Made by a program: the position numbers and the translations under genes. A stretch of DNA of 61,543 bases, filler included, from Choristocarpus tenellus KU-1152 (Eukaryota; Protista; Phaeophyceae): the NCBI GenBank assembly GCA_964200185.2. It is 10 parts of 10 records of this genome, joined end to end, with 100 filler letters (N's around TTAATTAATTAA, not from the genome) between each part and the next. Parts side by side here need not be neighbours in the genome. Positions count along the whole stretch, not along the records: positions 42,118 to 52,259 come from CAXNAD020003127.1; positions 52,360 to 61,543 come from CAXNAD020003903.1; 8 more parts are not named here. One strand, written 5' to 3'. How positions within the stretch are numbered: position 1 is the stretch's first letter; each line of letters starts with the position of its first letter. The notes beneath the pieces were generated by a model. The model was not told where the DNA came from and did no database searches. It was given only the letters and a program-made list of their open reading frames with translations. Below are positions 50,714 to 61,543 of this stretch, piece by piece.

Positions 50714-52168
50714 ATGCCGTGGCAATCCGTGCCACCACTAGCCATCATCACACTCGCCTTTGGGGCGGTTGGTGGATTGATGTCGGGTATCAACTACCTC
50801 AGATATGGCCGTACTGACAGGCGTGTCTTGCTGGACACCTTCGATGTGAGGTGAGAGTCAAGTTGGATAGTTCCTATATGCACGTGTGATACGATTGCAA
50901 TATAGCATCTCACCTTTTGTGTTAAGTGACGATTGGAATGGGACCCTGTACTTCTCCTGAACCCCTGGGCAGAGAGGAATCGTACACGAGTTTCACTTCC
51001 CTATACAGTCGCAAGATCCTTATCTTTGGTTTTGGATGAGAAGGGCGCGGATGGGTGGGATATCTAATTTCCACACTTTTTGTTTGGTGTTTTAGTGGTT
51101 TTCCCCTGTGCTCAGACGGAATGTGGCTCTTTGACACTCTGTCATGAAGTATTGGGTTAGCACATAGGTATTCTTTCTCCCATGTTGTTATTGCGTATGT
51201 TATTAGAGGTGAGTGCACCTCTCTACATACACTATAGCCCTTTGTCACATGATGGATTCATCATCCCCCACCTCAAATCCCACCCAACCCTAGACTCAAA
51301 ATTCTTCTTCCAGTTTTTGCTGACACTCCCAAGCCTTGATTATGTTTTGGTATAGGGTCATCTTTTTGTTCCTACAGTTGAGTGTAGATTGCCTGTTCTG
51401 GGCTGTTTGATGTTTTTGCAATATATTATTTATCTGTTTTCTTTCCTGCTATATTGTACAGTAACTTCTTCACCAGCCATCTCTCTCTCTCTCCCTCTCT
51501 CTTAAGGTGCCTTCATTTTATCCCCCTCAAGATATGTATATATACATATATATATATACATTTTTTTCAGAGCATGGAACATTGTTACCTAGTGTTAATC
51601 AAAAGGATTTATGTGTTTTGTTTATTACATGGGTCCAAGTTGTGGTGAGGAAGCTATGACCACAGCAAGGATCTTTGCAGCAAATCATATGGCACTCATA
51701 AGCTCAATGATATAATGGACCCTAAAATTGAAAAAATTTATTACGATCTCAATTCCTCTTCAGTAAAACTAATTGCCTCCATTTAAGAGTCACAGTTCAC
51801 AGTACAATTTTGCTTGTAGGAACAATTTTACTCATTACTCATTTTTTTTTCTCTTGCTTGACTTTCCTCTTTCTTCGTACAAGTGCTTGAAATGACTTAC
51901 AGCAGTGTGTGTCAGATGAGTTCTTGCTTTTTATTTTCTAATTCACTAGGAATCTTTTTGACATCCTGTACTCATGCTGCATCCATGTTTTCTGACACTG
52001 TATTTGTACTCGGTGTATGTCAGGCTGATGGATCGTGACACTCGCATCGCCAACTCAATTACTACAGCACCTACTATGGCGCTTCATAACAAAATGCAAA
52101 TATACGCTGAGCTTGAAGAAATTAAGAAACGCTATGCTGAGGTTGGTGTCAGGATGAAAAGATGGTAA
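50714..52168 (+). CDS. NDUFA1: NADH:ubiquinone oxidoreductase subunit NDUFA1 (MWFE)-like, 93 aa
   Basis: Exons 50714-50850 (AG|GTGAGA) and 52024-52168. MPWQSVPPLAIITLAFGAVGGLMSGINYLRYGR..RRVLLDTFDVRLMDRDTRI gives a single N-terminal TM helix plus the L-M-x-R-D motif. Confidence 0.85.
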
Positions 52169-52602
52169 CAGATACTCTACTTGAACAAGAATGCCTTGCC
52201 ACGTTTCTGATATTCTTCTGATACTCTTGGAGAACACGTAACCCCCCCCCCACCCACACNNNNNNNNNNNNNNNNNNNNNNNNNNNNNNNNNNNNNNNNN
52301 NNNTTAATTAATTAANNNNNNNNNNNNNNNNNNNNNNNNNNNNNNNNNNNNNNNNNNNNCCCCAAGCACCCTGCCCACCTAAAACAAACCGACCATGCAC
52401 TCCCCCCCCCCTACCTCCTGGAAATAATCTGTAGTGTATATATTGTAGCAACACTTTGGCTTATGTATGCACAAGCACACTGTACTTCAACTATATAAAG
52501 CAGTACAGTAGGCATTCCCTGTACATTGCCCCTTGGAAATCCTTCGTAGCAACAAGCGCACACAGCATCCTGAGAAAAATCTCACTACCCACACAAAATC
52601 CC

Positions 52603-53723
52603 TCAGCGAACTACCTTCTCCAGATGATCTAGGAATGTCCCTACCCTCTTCTGGTTCACACCAAGGTCCCCTTCGCCCACTCTCAACTCCGATTGCACCC
52701 AGACCTCTGTCTTGCCAGCAGTGTTCTTGAATACCTTCACCTGCATCAAGAGCCGTAAGAATTGACACGGGGAAGATGCAGATTTTTATGTTCGAAGACT
52801 TGAGGAGGGTTGACCTCTGGTAAACAGAATTGAGTGGAGGCATAGGAAGAGGAGGCCAAAGAAAATGACTTTTTTCAGGTTGTACACCAAGAAACGCTGT
52901 TCATTTCGAGCGACTCAAACTCCACCAGTCATAAAAGTGGTTAACTATTACTTTGGTATTTGAAGTACTCAGAGTACATGTATGTTTTGGGAGTACTCAC
53001 GAGGTTGAAGTAGTGCCAACGGCAGCAGAGTATGACAGGTCAAGAGGCACAAAATAAAAAATAAATCAAACACATGGTACAGAGGGAAGCACCGCACTCC
53101 AGAAAGGTCCAGCAGCGGTTCACTCCCCCCCCCTCATGCGTCAAACATCACTCCACAAACCCTTCCATAACCCAGTCCCAAAACACACAACGCCAGGCTG
53201 AGTCCCCAACAACAAGACACACGTGTTTACCTCTACTTCGAGACGGGCAGCGACAATCACCAGCCCACACCAACCCACCATTCCTAGATACACAAAAAAA
53301 ATCCCGATTCACGAACAATAGCTTCACAAATGATAGCAAGGTGACTACAAAAAGGCACAAGCGGGAAGGAATCCAAGGGCCATGTTCGAGCGAGTCTACT
53401 CTCACGCACCCCAAAACTGTCTGGAAAGCCAAAGACATACGAGAGCATGCTTGCGTACAAGTACCCTGGGGTCTCTGTCTTGAGGGACGACCGTGGCTGG
53501 GAGACAATCCAATCCTTTGCTGCAGCCTGTAGATGGCAGCGAAATGGCAGTCAGGACACAAAAAAAGGGGGGGCACTCAGGAGGGGAACAAGAGGAGAAG
53601 CTGGGAGGCGGGAAAATGGCAAAGTGCAGGACAAGTCTACGGCTGTTCGGTAGAGCATGGCACAGGGGGGAAGGCAACACAGGGTTGACTTTAGTCCTTT
53701 GAATGTAAATTGCAGTTGGCTAT

Positions 53724-53765
<42 letters not shown>

Positions 53766-55141
53766 CATTTCTCCTCAATGGACACTAGATTCCATACTGC
53801 ACTGATAACATGCAGTTGGCTATAGATATATATATATATATATATGTATGACATTTCTCCTCAATGGACACTAGATCCCATACTGCACTTACAAAATTCA
53901 GTTGGCTATGTATATATATATGTATATATATATTTGACATTAGTCCTTTGAATGTAAATTACTGTTGGTGATTTCTCCTCGATGGACACTAGGTCACATA
54001 CTCCACTGACAACATGTGGTTGGCTCTGGATATATATACATATATGCATACTGTCTTGGCTCAGTCATAGCTCCACATTATGTCACAACCGGAAAAGATT
54101 CTTGAACCTTCGTGAATATGCACTACCTTATTCATATGGTCTTATTACCCAAACCTAACCCTAACCCTAATTGCATCAAATTCCACCGAGGGGGCCGCAG
54201 GCCATCAGAAATGACCTACATCAGAGAGAATAAGAAAGAGAGGTAGGGAGGGAGGGAGGGAGGGAGAGAGCACCGCAGGGTCGCTGAAAGAGAAGTATTT
54301 GCACAAGGTGTTGACTGGAGGAACAAACTGTTTACTACGACAGAGAGAATAAGAAAGAGAGAGAGAGAGAGAGAGCACCATCAAGTCACTGGAGTGGGAA
54401 AATTTTGCACAGGGTTTCGACTGGAGGGTGCAAAATAGTGCTCTGTGCGAATATACTTTCTGAGAGAATAGCAGAAATATAGGCTTAGAAACGACATCGA
54501 TAGTACGTCGGCGGTCCACATCATACACACATACACACACCACCCCGGGCATTTTGCCAGTAGCCGCACCTCCAAGGGAGTGCCAATTCCTTCAGAAAGC
54601 ATCTCTTTCGGGTGGAGCTGCCGTGTGTTTCAGGGTGCTGTCGAAATGGCAAGGTCCCACATTGGGACACTGCAAGTCTCACACACTACAAGCACAATGT
54701 GCTGTCGGGAATGACGCGTACACACACATCCAGGCCTACATAACAGCCATCTCAACTCTCCATTCGTCAACAAATCTGTCAACCTCAAACGCGCCATCAA
54801 CCCTCTCAGAAGCAGCAGCTCCCCGTTCATCCGTAAGATTTCGCAACCACGGGGGGTTGTACTTCGTCCCGCCGACCGAAACCCTGCTCATATTGACTCA
54901 CGGCCAGCATCAACAAAATAGCTAGCAGAGGGATGTTAGGGCCACCTGCAACTGCACGCATCTCAAAGCAACTGCACCAATCGATGCCGAACCACACAGC
55001 GCACGATACGAGTCATAGCCCATTTCAGAAATGCATCAAGAGCGCACCTGCACTTCTGTGACGCCGGCGCTGTATGTGGGCACCTCAAGCTTCTTGTTGC
55101 TTCCAGTAGGAGCAACACGGGTGCAGCCGGCGGGGTGGGCG
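52603..55141 (-). CDS. DUF1499-domain protein (first exon not located)
   Basis: Exons 55141-55048, 53526-53410 and 52740-52603, phase-consistent: AHPAGCTRVAP...PTYSAGVTEVQ|AAAKDWIVSQPRSSLKTETPGYLYASMLSYVFGFPDSFG|VKVF...VWVQSELRVGEGDLGVNQKRVGTFLDHLEKVVR*. The GF.D and S..RVG..DLGVN..R motifs are characteristic of the family. Confidence 0.82.
53690..54045. repeat. Intronic tandem repeat of about 90-100 bp with embedded (TA)n
   Basis: About four units of GCAGTTGGCTAT-(TA)n-TGACATTTCTCCTCAATGGACACTAG...CATACTGCACT. Confidence 0.85.
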
Positions 55142-56063
55142 CTGCCAGGGAAGAGAGGAGGGAGTTGAGGGTCAAGGGTCAGCATGCCATGTGTGCAGCA
55201 ACGGGAGACCACGGGATGGGATGGCGTGAGCGGGGGATGGGAATTGACACTGCTCATAAATGTGTGTGCGTATCATGCGTAGGAAGAATCAGGGGAGGGG
55301 ATTGAGAGGGGTCTGTGTGAGAAACCCTCGGAGGATATGTACAAGTCTTTCCTGAGGTACACGTCGTCAATGCCTTAGGGACAAAATACTCAAACACCAG
55401 AACGGGGAGCGGGTCCGGACGCCGCCGCCCTACTTCTAACCACCGAGAAGCGAGTCAGCCCCGACTCAAGAAAACTGGCTCTAAGGAGATAGGGCTTGTT
55501 GTTCGTCCAGTCGTGTCAGCATCTACATGGCAGGGATTTGTCGCGGCCCCAACCCTTGCTCACAATAATGCACAGTGTAGTATTCAAAAACGCCTGCATT
55601 TAAAAACGGCCGATGCTGTAACCTATACTATTAACTATACCCTATACTAATAACTATTTGCAAGCTCATGAGCGCAGGATAAATGCTCGTATCAATGCAT
55701 GACCATTCACAGTCGGGGGGGAGGGGGGCAGGTGTGTACGTACTGTAGTTGTGCTGAAGACGAACGATTTTTACACTCCACAGCCAATGTATTGGATAGT
55801 GATCGACATTCTACAAAAAAAAAAGGTATCACTACAGCTCAGTTTCGGTGCGAGGTCAATCACGGTTATAGCCTGGACGCAGGCTGCACAAAGAGGACGT
55901 ATTTTCGTACTATGCACTTGCATGAAAACTTACGGAATTACGCAAAAGGCTAGGTTCAATCCTGTCCCAAACCTGCTTGACCCGAGCAAAGTCTGACTTG
56001 GAGATACTTTGCTTGTTCAGTGAAGAACAACAAAAAAAATAATATATATATATATATATATTC

Positions 56064-57791
56064 CTACTCCAGAGTGATCGACAAGGCAAGCCAAAGCCAG
56101 GTACATAACAAGAGATAGCTTGCCAGCATGGTAAGTGTGGCAAGCCAATAGAACACATACATATTGGTTGGGAAGCCTTCCTTGAATCTGGAGTCGGGAC
56201 CGAAGGTGGCAATGCGGACCAAAAGAGTAGAAATTGTCAGAACCGACAGGGTAGTCCCCACGGCATCTAGCAAAGGCTTAGCAGAACCCAGGTTCTGACC
56301 CAGAGAACCCTTGCTTATTACTGGCCTGGTTCATTTTGCAGGGGTCGGGGAATAAAATAGGTGCTGAGTACGAGAGGGCTGAGTGCAAAGTTTGAATGGG
56401 GAACATGCCGTATATTCTGAAGTAGTTGCCAGAAAAAGAGCAGAGTCATCGGGGGCATTTCACGTGGTACGACCATGGTGGGATCTGGGTTGGGGTGGGT
56501 TTTAGAACTGCAAGGCGATTGGTTCGTTTTGGGTTCAAAGAGGCTATCAATCAATCCCAGTAGTCGTGATCATCAACCCCTTGCCTTCGTCATGCTCTTG
56601 TCATTTTGGTAGACCTCAGTAAGGATCGCACACGCGAACTGCAGTGAAGCATATTTACAAAATCTCCTTGACAAAGCAATCCTATCGCTGTGGGAAATCA
56701 GTCACAACTGGATAAGGTGGAGATACTCACCACACAGCAGTGGCAACGCCAATAGCCACTCCAGGCAGGTGCCCAGCCAATGCTGCAGCTCCTGCTTCGA
56801 TCCCCCCGAGAAACGGCATCACCTGCTTGCAACCGTATTTTTGGCGACGTTGTAAGGTGATCCCTTGAGTTTAGTTGAGACTATTCTCCATATACATCCA
56901 GACTTCGTTGCCACTGCCATTCTATCCACCTCTTCCCACTCCCAGCACGAAATCTCTTTGCCCCAGAGGAGGAGCAGTGAGTGTCCTGTTGGAGATCTTC
57001 CGCTAAAGTTGTTGATAAGTCAAGATAGAGAGCGTTAACTCATTGGTCGGGGTAATTGCTTCAGAGCGGGACCAGCGTTCGAACATGACTCGTTCATGAT
57101 TTTGAAAATGAGCGTAATATTCGCTAAGGGGTAACACCAAAAGTTACCTCTTCTCAAGATTCGCTCGTCTTATCCTCGCATATTCTATCTAGCATGACAT
57201 TAGATGCCTCGTCTAGGACGCAAAGTACATAAAAAAAATCTCCACCAAGCGAAGAACAGGTTTGATCGGACAAGAAATGGACCCAAGAAAAAATGCATGA
57301 GGTACGGTTCTTGAACGGTATGGTACGATAGCCAAAATATGGTAGCCAAGCACAGATATCCCCCTGTAACGCCAGCGCAGATAGGTTACTTGCAGAAACC
57401 TCGGAGTCTTCTACATGGGAGAGGTGGATGTCTTAAAGGAAATACAGTACACTATATCATGATCGCATTGAAGGGGGGCACTTTTCGAAGAGGATAACGT
57501 AGACGAAACACAATCATAGCGAGGGTGGGGATCAACAACTTTACGGAACCTTCAAAAAGTCAAGTTCGAAATAATACCTACCTGAAACGACATGCGTGGG
57601 CCTGTCGATGACCTTGCGTTGTTCAATATTGGTCTCTCTGTCAAGGTCTGACTGCTATGGAGAGCACTGTAACTGGGGTGGGGCACGCACGTAAATAAGT
57701 TGTGATGGGTCGAGTGTAAGGTAAAGGAGAAGATGTCCTGAAAGAAGGAGGAGGTGAGGGCAAACAACAAGCTACTGCTGACTGTTTTCAT
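56064..57791 (-). CDS. Predicted multi-pass membrane protein with a bipartite (plastid-type) presequence, 265 aa
   Basis: Exons 57791-57582, 57410-57390, 57188-57148, 57002-56930, 56822-56731, 56507-56409 and 56325-56064 total 798 nt with compatible phases and one GC donor. N-terminus MKTVSSSLLFALTSSFFQDIFSF; several hydrophobic segments. Confidence 0.6.
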
Positions 57792-58127
57792 TTGTCCTAA
57801 CCAAACCTCAAAAAACCCTGTGTTGAACAAGACAAATGTTTTGTCTCCGACAAACAATCAAGCAAGCCTTCCCATCAATACGTATTCCCGTTGAACAATT
57901 TCAGGAGTAGTAAAACAACAACTACCCCATAAAGGACAGTAGCAGAGTTGAACCTCTAGGTTGGTGTAGACATTCTTGGGTCATTGGCTCACTCTTCCAA
58001 AAATCGATTGGAAGTAGCAGTGGACAGTCCTGTCAACAGACTGGATCTCCCTCCTCCTTGTGCACTAGCGAGATCCTAGAGTTGATCGCTAAATATTTTT
58101 TTAACTCGTATTCCTCTCTGTCAAAGG

Positions 58128-60681
58128 ATGTCTTTAGGGGGGTCATCCTTAACGGAGTCTCCATCCCACTTTGACTATAGCCGCTTAGAAACGGCAGTCA
58201 ACCTGGCAGATCGCCTCAAGGGCACTTGCTGGGTCTCCGGCTCCCCCGCTGCAAGAATTGGGACACCCACGAAGTCTATAGCAACACATCCCATATCCTT
58301 TTCCGTCGGGGCCACGCCTGGGAAGCAGAATCCCACCAGGTGAGATCATTCTTCTCCGTACTCTTTCCCCCAAAGTGATTATTTTATATCAGTCGTTGCA
58401 ACAGAGGAATATTAAGTGTGGCAAAGGGTATTTGGCGCCAGAAACCTTACGCCTTACTGTGACACGTGAATACTTCAACTAACGATTGTGTGTATTTGGG
58501 GTTCTATGGTTCTATTTCAACCCTACTGTGGATTCACGAGTGATATACAGGCATGCATATGCCTATGAAGATCGATAGGAGCTTTTGTGTAGAGTAACAG
58601 GATGATGCGAGGCATCCCTTGGGCATATTCCTGGAATCGATATCGAGACTTTTGCAGACCCAAGTGTAACAAGTCAGAGTCCCCCGATCACCATCCGACA
58701 CAAACGCACAGGATGAGCATATCTCCTGCTGTAGAGCGTACACCGGGAGGATATCTGGCAAGTCCTGTCAGGACACCCGCCAGACGAAGCTCATCTCGCC
58801 GAAAGGTAAGCCCCCTTATCCTTCCTCACCTGTTGTTGGAAACTTGAGACAGGTTTTGGTCTTCGTCAAACAACCAGCAACGCACAGTAGTGGTTCAGAT
58901 AGAAAGATCAATGAGGGATACTTAGAGGCTCTTCATACATGAGATTTTCCGTTGATTCAACGGAATGACTATTTTTGAGAAACCACGCTGTCTACGCGTG
59001 CAGCACAAGTACGAATCCAGAAGCACCGTTTCTTCCTTTATAGACGCCCACGTAACCACCCACTCCCATTTTCCTTCCGCAGTCTGGCACTGCTGATCCC
59101 ATGAGTGTGTGCAAGGGCTCCACTGTTGGCAAGGAAAACCGCCATCGCACGCACCTATTTCCCAAGACACCATCATCTGCCAAGGCCGCTAGTCGAGACA
59201 TCCGGGCCCAGACCGACATCGGCACTTGTGAGAGCGGTGCCATGCCTCCACCTTTCCCTCGCACCCCAGCTCAGGGTACTGGTCTTCCACGTGCCCCAGC
59301 CTCCCCCCTGCAGACCCAGGACCCCAACCAGATGGGGGACATAGCAAGGAGGAGTGGGGAAGTTCCAAGTGCAGCAGATGAGGCAAGCAAGAAGGTCCGC
59401 GATGTTCCATCTGATGCTGTGGAGCGTGAAATGCCAGGAGATCAGCAGGACCAGACCTCAGCCTATGCATCAATGGCCAAGGTATTGAGAAACACAAGCA
59501 GTTAGCACGTGCTTTCGATAGGTCACTTGATAAAATGCTGGTTCTTTGCCCTTTTTCGTGGCTTTGTTTCCTCTTCCCTCCTCCCACTCGATCAGTTCCT
59601 CCTCATCACTCTTGCATTTTCTTCATTTGTGTACGTTTTCTTTCCTATCCCAGTTTGATGTTCTCGTGCCTTTGCCTTGCTACTCTCAAGGGTATTGAAT
59701 GAAACTCTGTGATAAATTTCACGGTATACAGGCGTTGAGTAAATTGATCACAGCTTTCAGGGCAGAATGCAATTTGTGGAAAGATGGTGTTTGTCAGTAC
59801 CTCTTCCTGGTGTATTGCACTAGAGCTTAGAAGCAGACAAGAACAAAAATCGGGATGCGCATCATTGTAAATGTCCACTCACAGGATACCCACCGACTAA
59901 TAGACCCTCCCTCAACCTCATCCCTAACCCTGACCTCTTACCAAATCCTTGCTTGAGCAAATTCCCCCTTTTTTTGTCCCCGCAGCCATGGACCCCAGGG
60001 CGGACTACCACAGTAGGCTGCAGTCTATCTTCAGGGTTTAGTGTTGGCAAGGCCAACCCTCCCCCCTCCTCCAGCGGCAGCAGAGGAGGAGATGGTTTGC
60101 GTACACCTTCCAAGGTCCGTCATCTCCGCAGAAGCGCTCCCTCCTCTATTGATATCCCCATGCCATCTCCTCCTGTAACTCCACAGCTCCAACATCAGCA
60201 CCAGGACCACCATTCGAACCTTCAAGAACAACAGAATTTTGCTTGGCCCCCTGGCGCGCCAACGTCAGCAGCCTTGACAGCGGCAGCTGCTGCTGCCACG
60301 GCTTCAGCCAAGGCGACAGCGGCAGCCTCAGTGACTGCTGCAGCTGCAGTTGCACTGGCGAAGGCGGCTGAGGCAGAGGCAGAAGCAGAAGCTGAGGCTG
60401 CAGCTGCTGTCGCGGTGGCGATGGCTGCTGCTGCAGCTCCTCCTCCTGCGAATGCTGGCAGCGGGGGTATATGTGGGATGAATGAACTCCTCATTGCTAG
60501 GGCCAAGGAGTTTGCGGATGCTGCGAGCGTGGCGGCTGCAGCTGGAAGGTCTGGAGAGGCAGCCACTGCGCTGAGCAAGGCGATACGGACAGCTCCGCAG
60601 GGGTGGGCGGGGAGGTCAGAACTGTTCTTGGCGAGGGCTGGGGTGTTGGCAGGGCAGGGGAAGCATGAGGCCTGTGCACAG
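58128..60681 (+). CDS. TPR-containing protein with a long disordered, Ala-rich N-terminus (DNAJC7-like?), 5' part
   Basis: Exons 58128-58339, 58601-58805, 59083-59481 and 59986-60681, GT-AG and phase-consistent. It ends in TPR-like helices AKEFADAA...EAATALSKAIRTAP...SELFLARAGVLAGQGKHEACAQ. Confidence 0.7.
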
Positions 60682-61497
60682 GTGTGTGGTGAAGAGGGAA
60701 AATGCTAGTGTCTGCAAGGGGCTCGGGTGGGCTGGGGTAGGTTGGGGTGGGTGGGTGAGGTGCATTTTGTCTGGAAGTGTGTTTATTTGTTGAGGTTGTT
60801 GTTTGAAAGGAAAGTATATTGAACTGCTATTTGGTGCGATCCAGGAGGCTTTTATATGTTGTCCATGCTCTGTTTTTTATTTTGGGTATCCAGTATATAT
60901 ATATATATTTTTTCCTGGGTGTATCCATCGCATCTCATTGGTTTGATGGGTTTTGAACCTTCTATCTCACAGTAGTGGTATTATATATTACGATTATCAT
61001 TATTATTACTTCTATTTCTTAGAGCGTTGTTCCTGATGCCTCGCTCAGCCCGTCACGAGTCCCATGATTGCAAGGGTTAGGGTTAGGGTTAGAGTCAGAG
61101 AAACGCAGTCAAGACCACTATTAAATAGAGCCAGTCTATCTCCTCACCCTAGCCCAAGCAGCATCGCATTCTTTCAAGGATTTGAAATCGAGGGCAGGCT
61201 GCTGCATTCGTCGTTCGTGCATTTTCTGTTTATCCGTGGCAGTGTTAGGGTTAGAATTGCAAACCTCCCCTGGCTAAAAGTGATTCACACCTGTGTGCTT
61301 GTTGAGGCGTTTGTTGGCATCGTGGGTCTGTTTCCCACATTGCTTGTTTTGTTTCTCTTGCTGGGGCCAAGGTTGCTGGGTTTTTTTAAACGGATACACT
61401 GTAGCCGTTGTAATGTTGATTGTTTTTTATTGGTCGCGAGGGATGTCGACAGCACCTGCACAAGAAGAGACTTTCCACTTCAGCTACTTTTTTTTTT

Positions 61498-61540
<43 letters not shown>

Positions 61541-61543
61541 TTT

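Noticed and set aside
54600-54960. Chromodomain-like AFEVDRFVDEWRV on the minus strand within the DUF1499 intron
   Set aside because: The following YLVKW-type motif is missing and stops interrupt the frame.

Overview
This is eukaryotic genomic DNA, not one natural locus. Ten contigs are joined by identical 100-bp artificial spacers (44 N + TTAATTAATTAA + 44 N). Long spliceosomal introns, interstitial TTAGGG repeats, the RPL10 sequence and a signal-plus-transit-peptide N-terminus suggest a photosynthetic stramenopile, probably a brown alga or close relative (inference). I spliced gene models by hand from GT/GC-AG boundaries and reading-frame phase: MLH1 (5' part), a TBC1D23-like protein (5' part), eIF5 (3' part), an ankyrin-repeat AKR1/ZDHHC17-like palmitoyltransferase (5' part), complete RPL10, complete NDUFA1-like subunit, a DUF1499 protein, a 7-exon putatively plastid-targeted membrane protein with a micro-exon and a GC-AG intron, and a TPR protein head-to-head with it. 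The rest is transposon-rich: a Ty3/Gypsy integrase, two related Ty1/Copia relics, RLE-type non-LTR fragments, at least eight copies of a TIR-MITE group with GGGTCAAAGTATCT-like ends, other small repeats and microsatellites. I cannot demonstrate a new multi-gene system. The best leads are the MITE group, the cryptic membrane-protein gene, a hairpin with telomeric-repeat arms and an unidentified decayed, possibly viral, segment.
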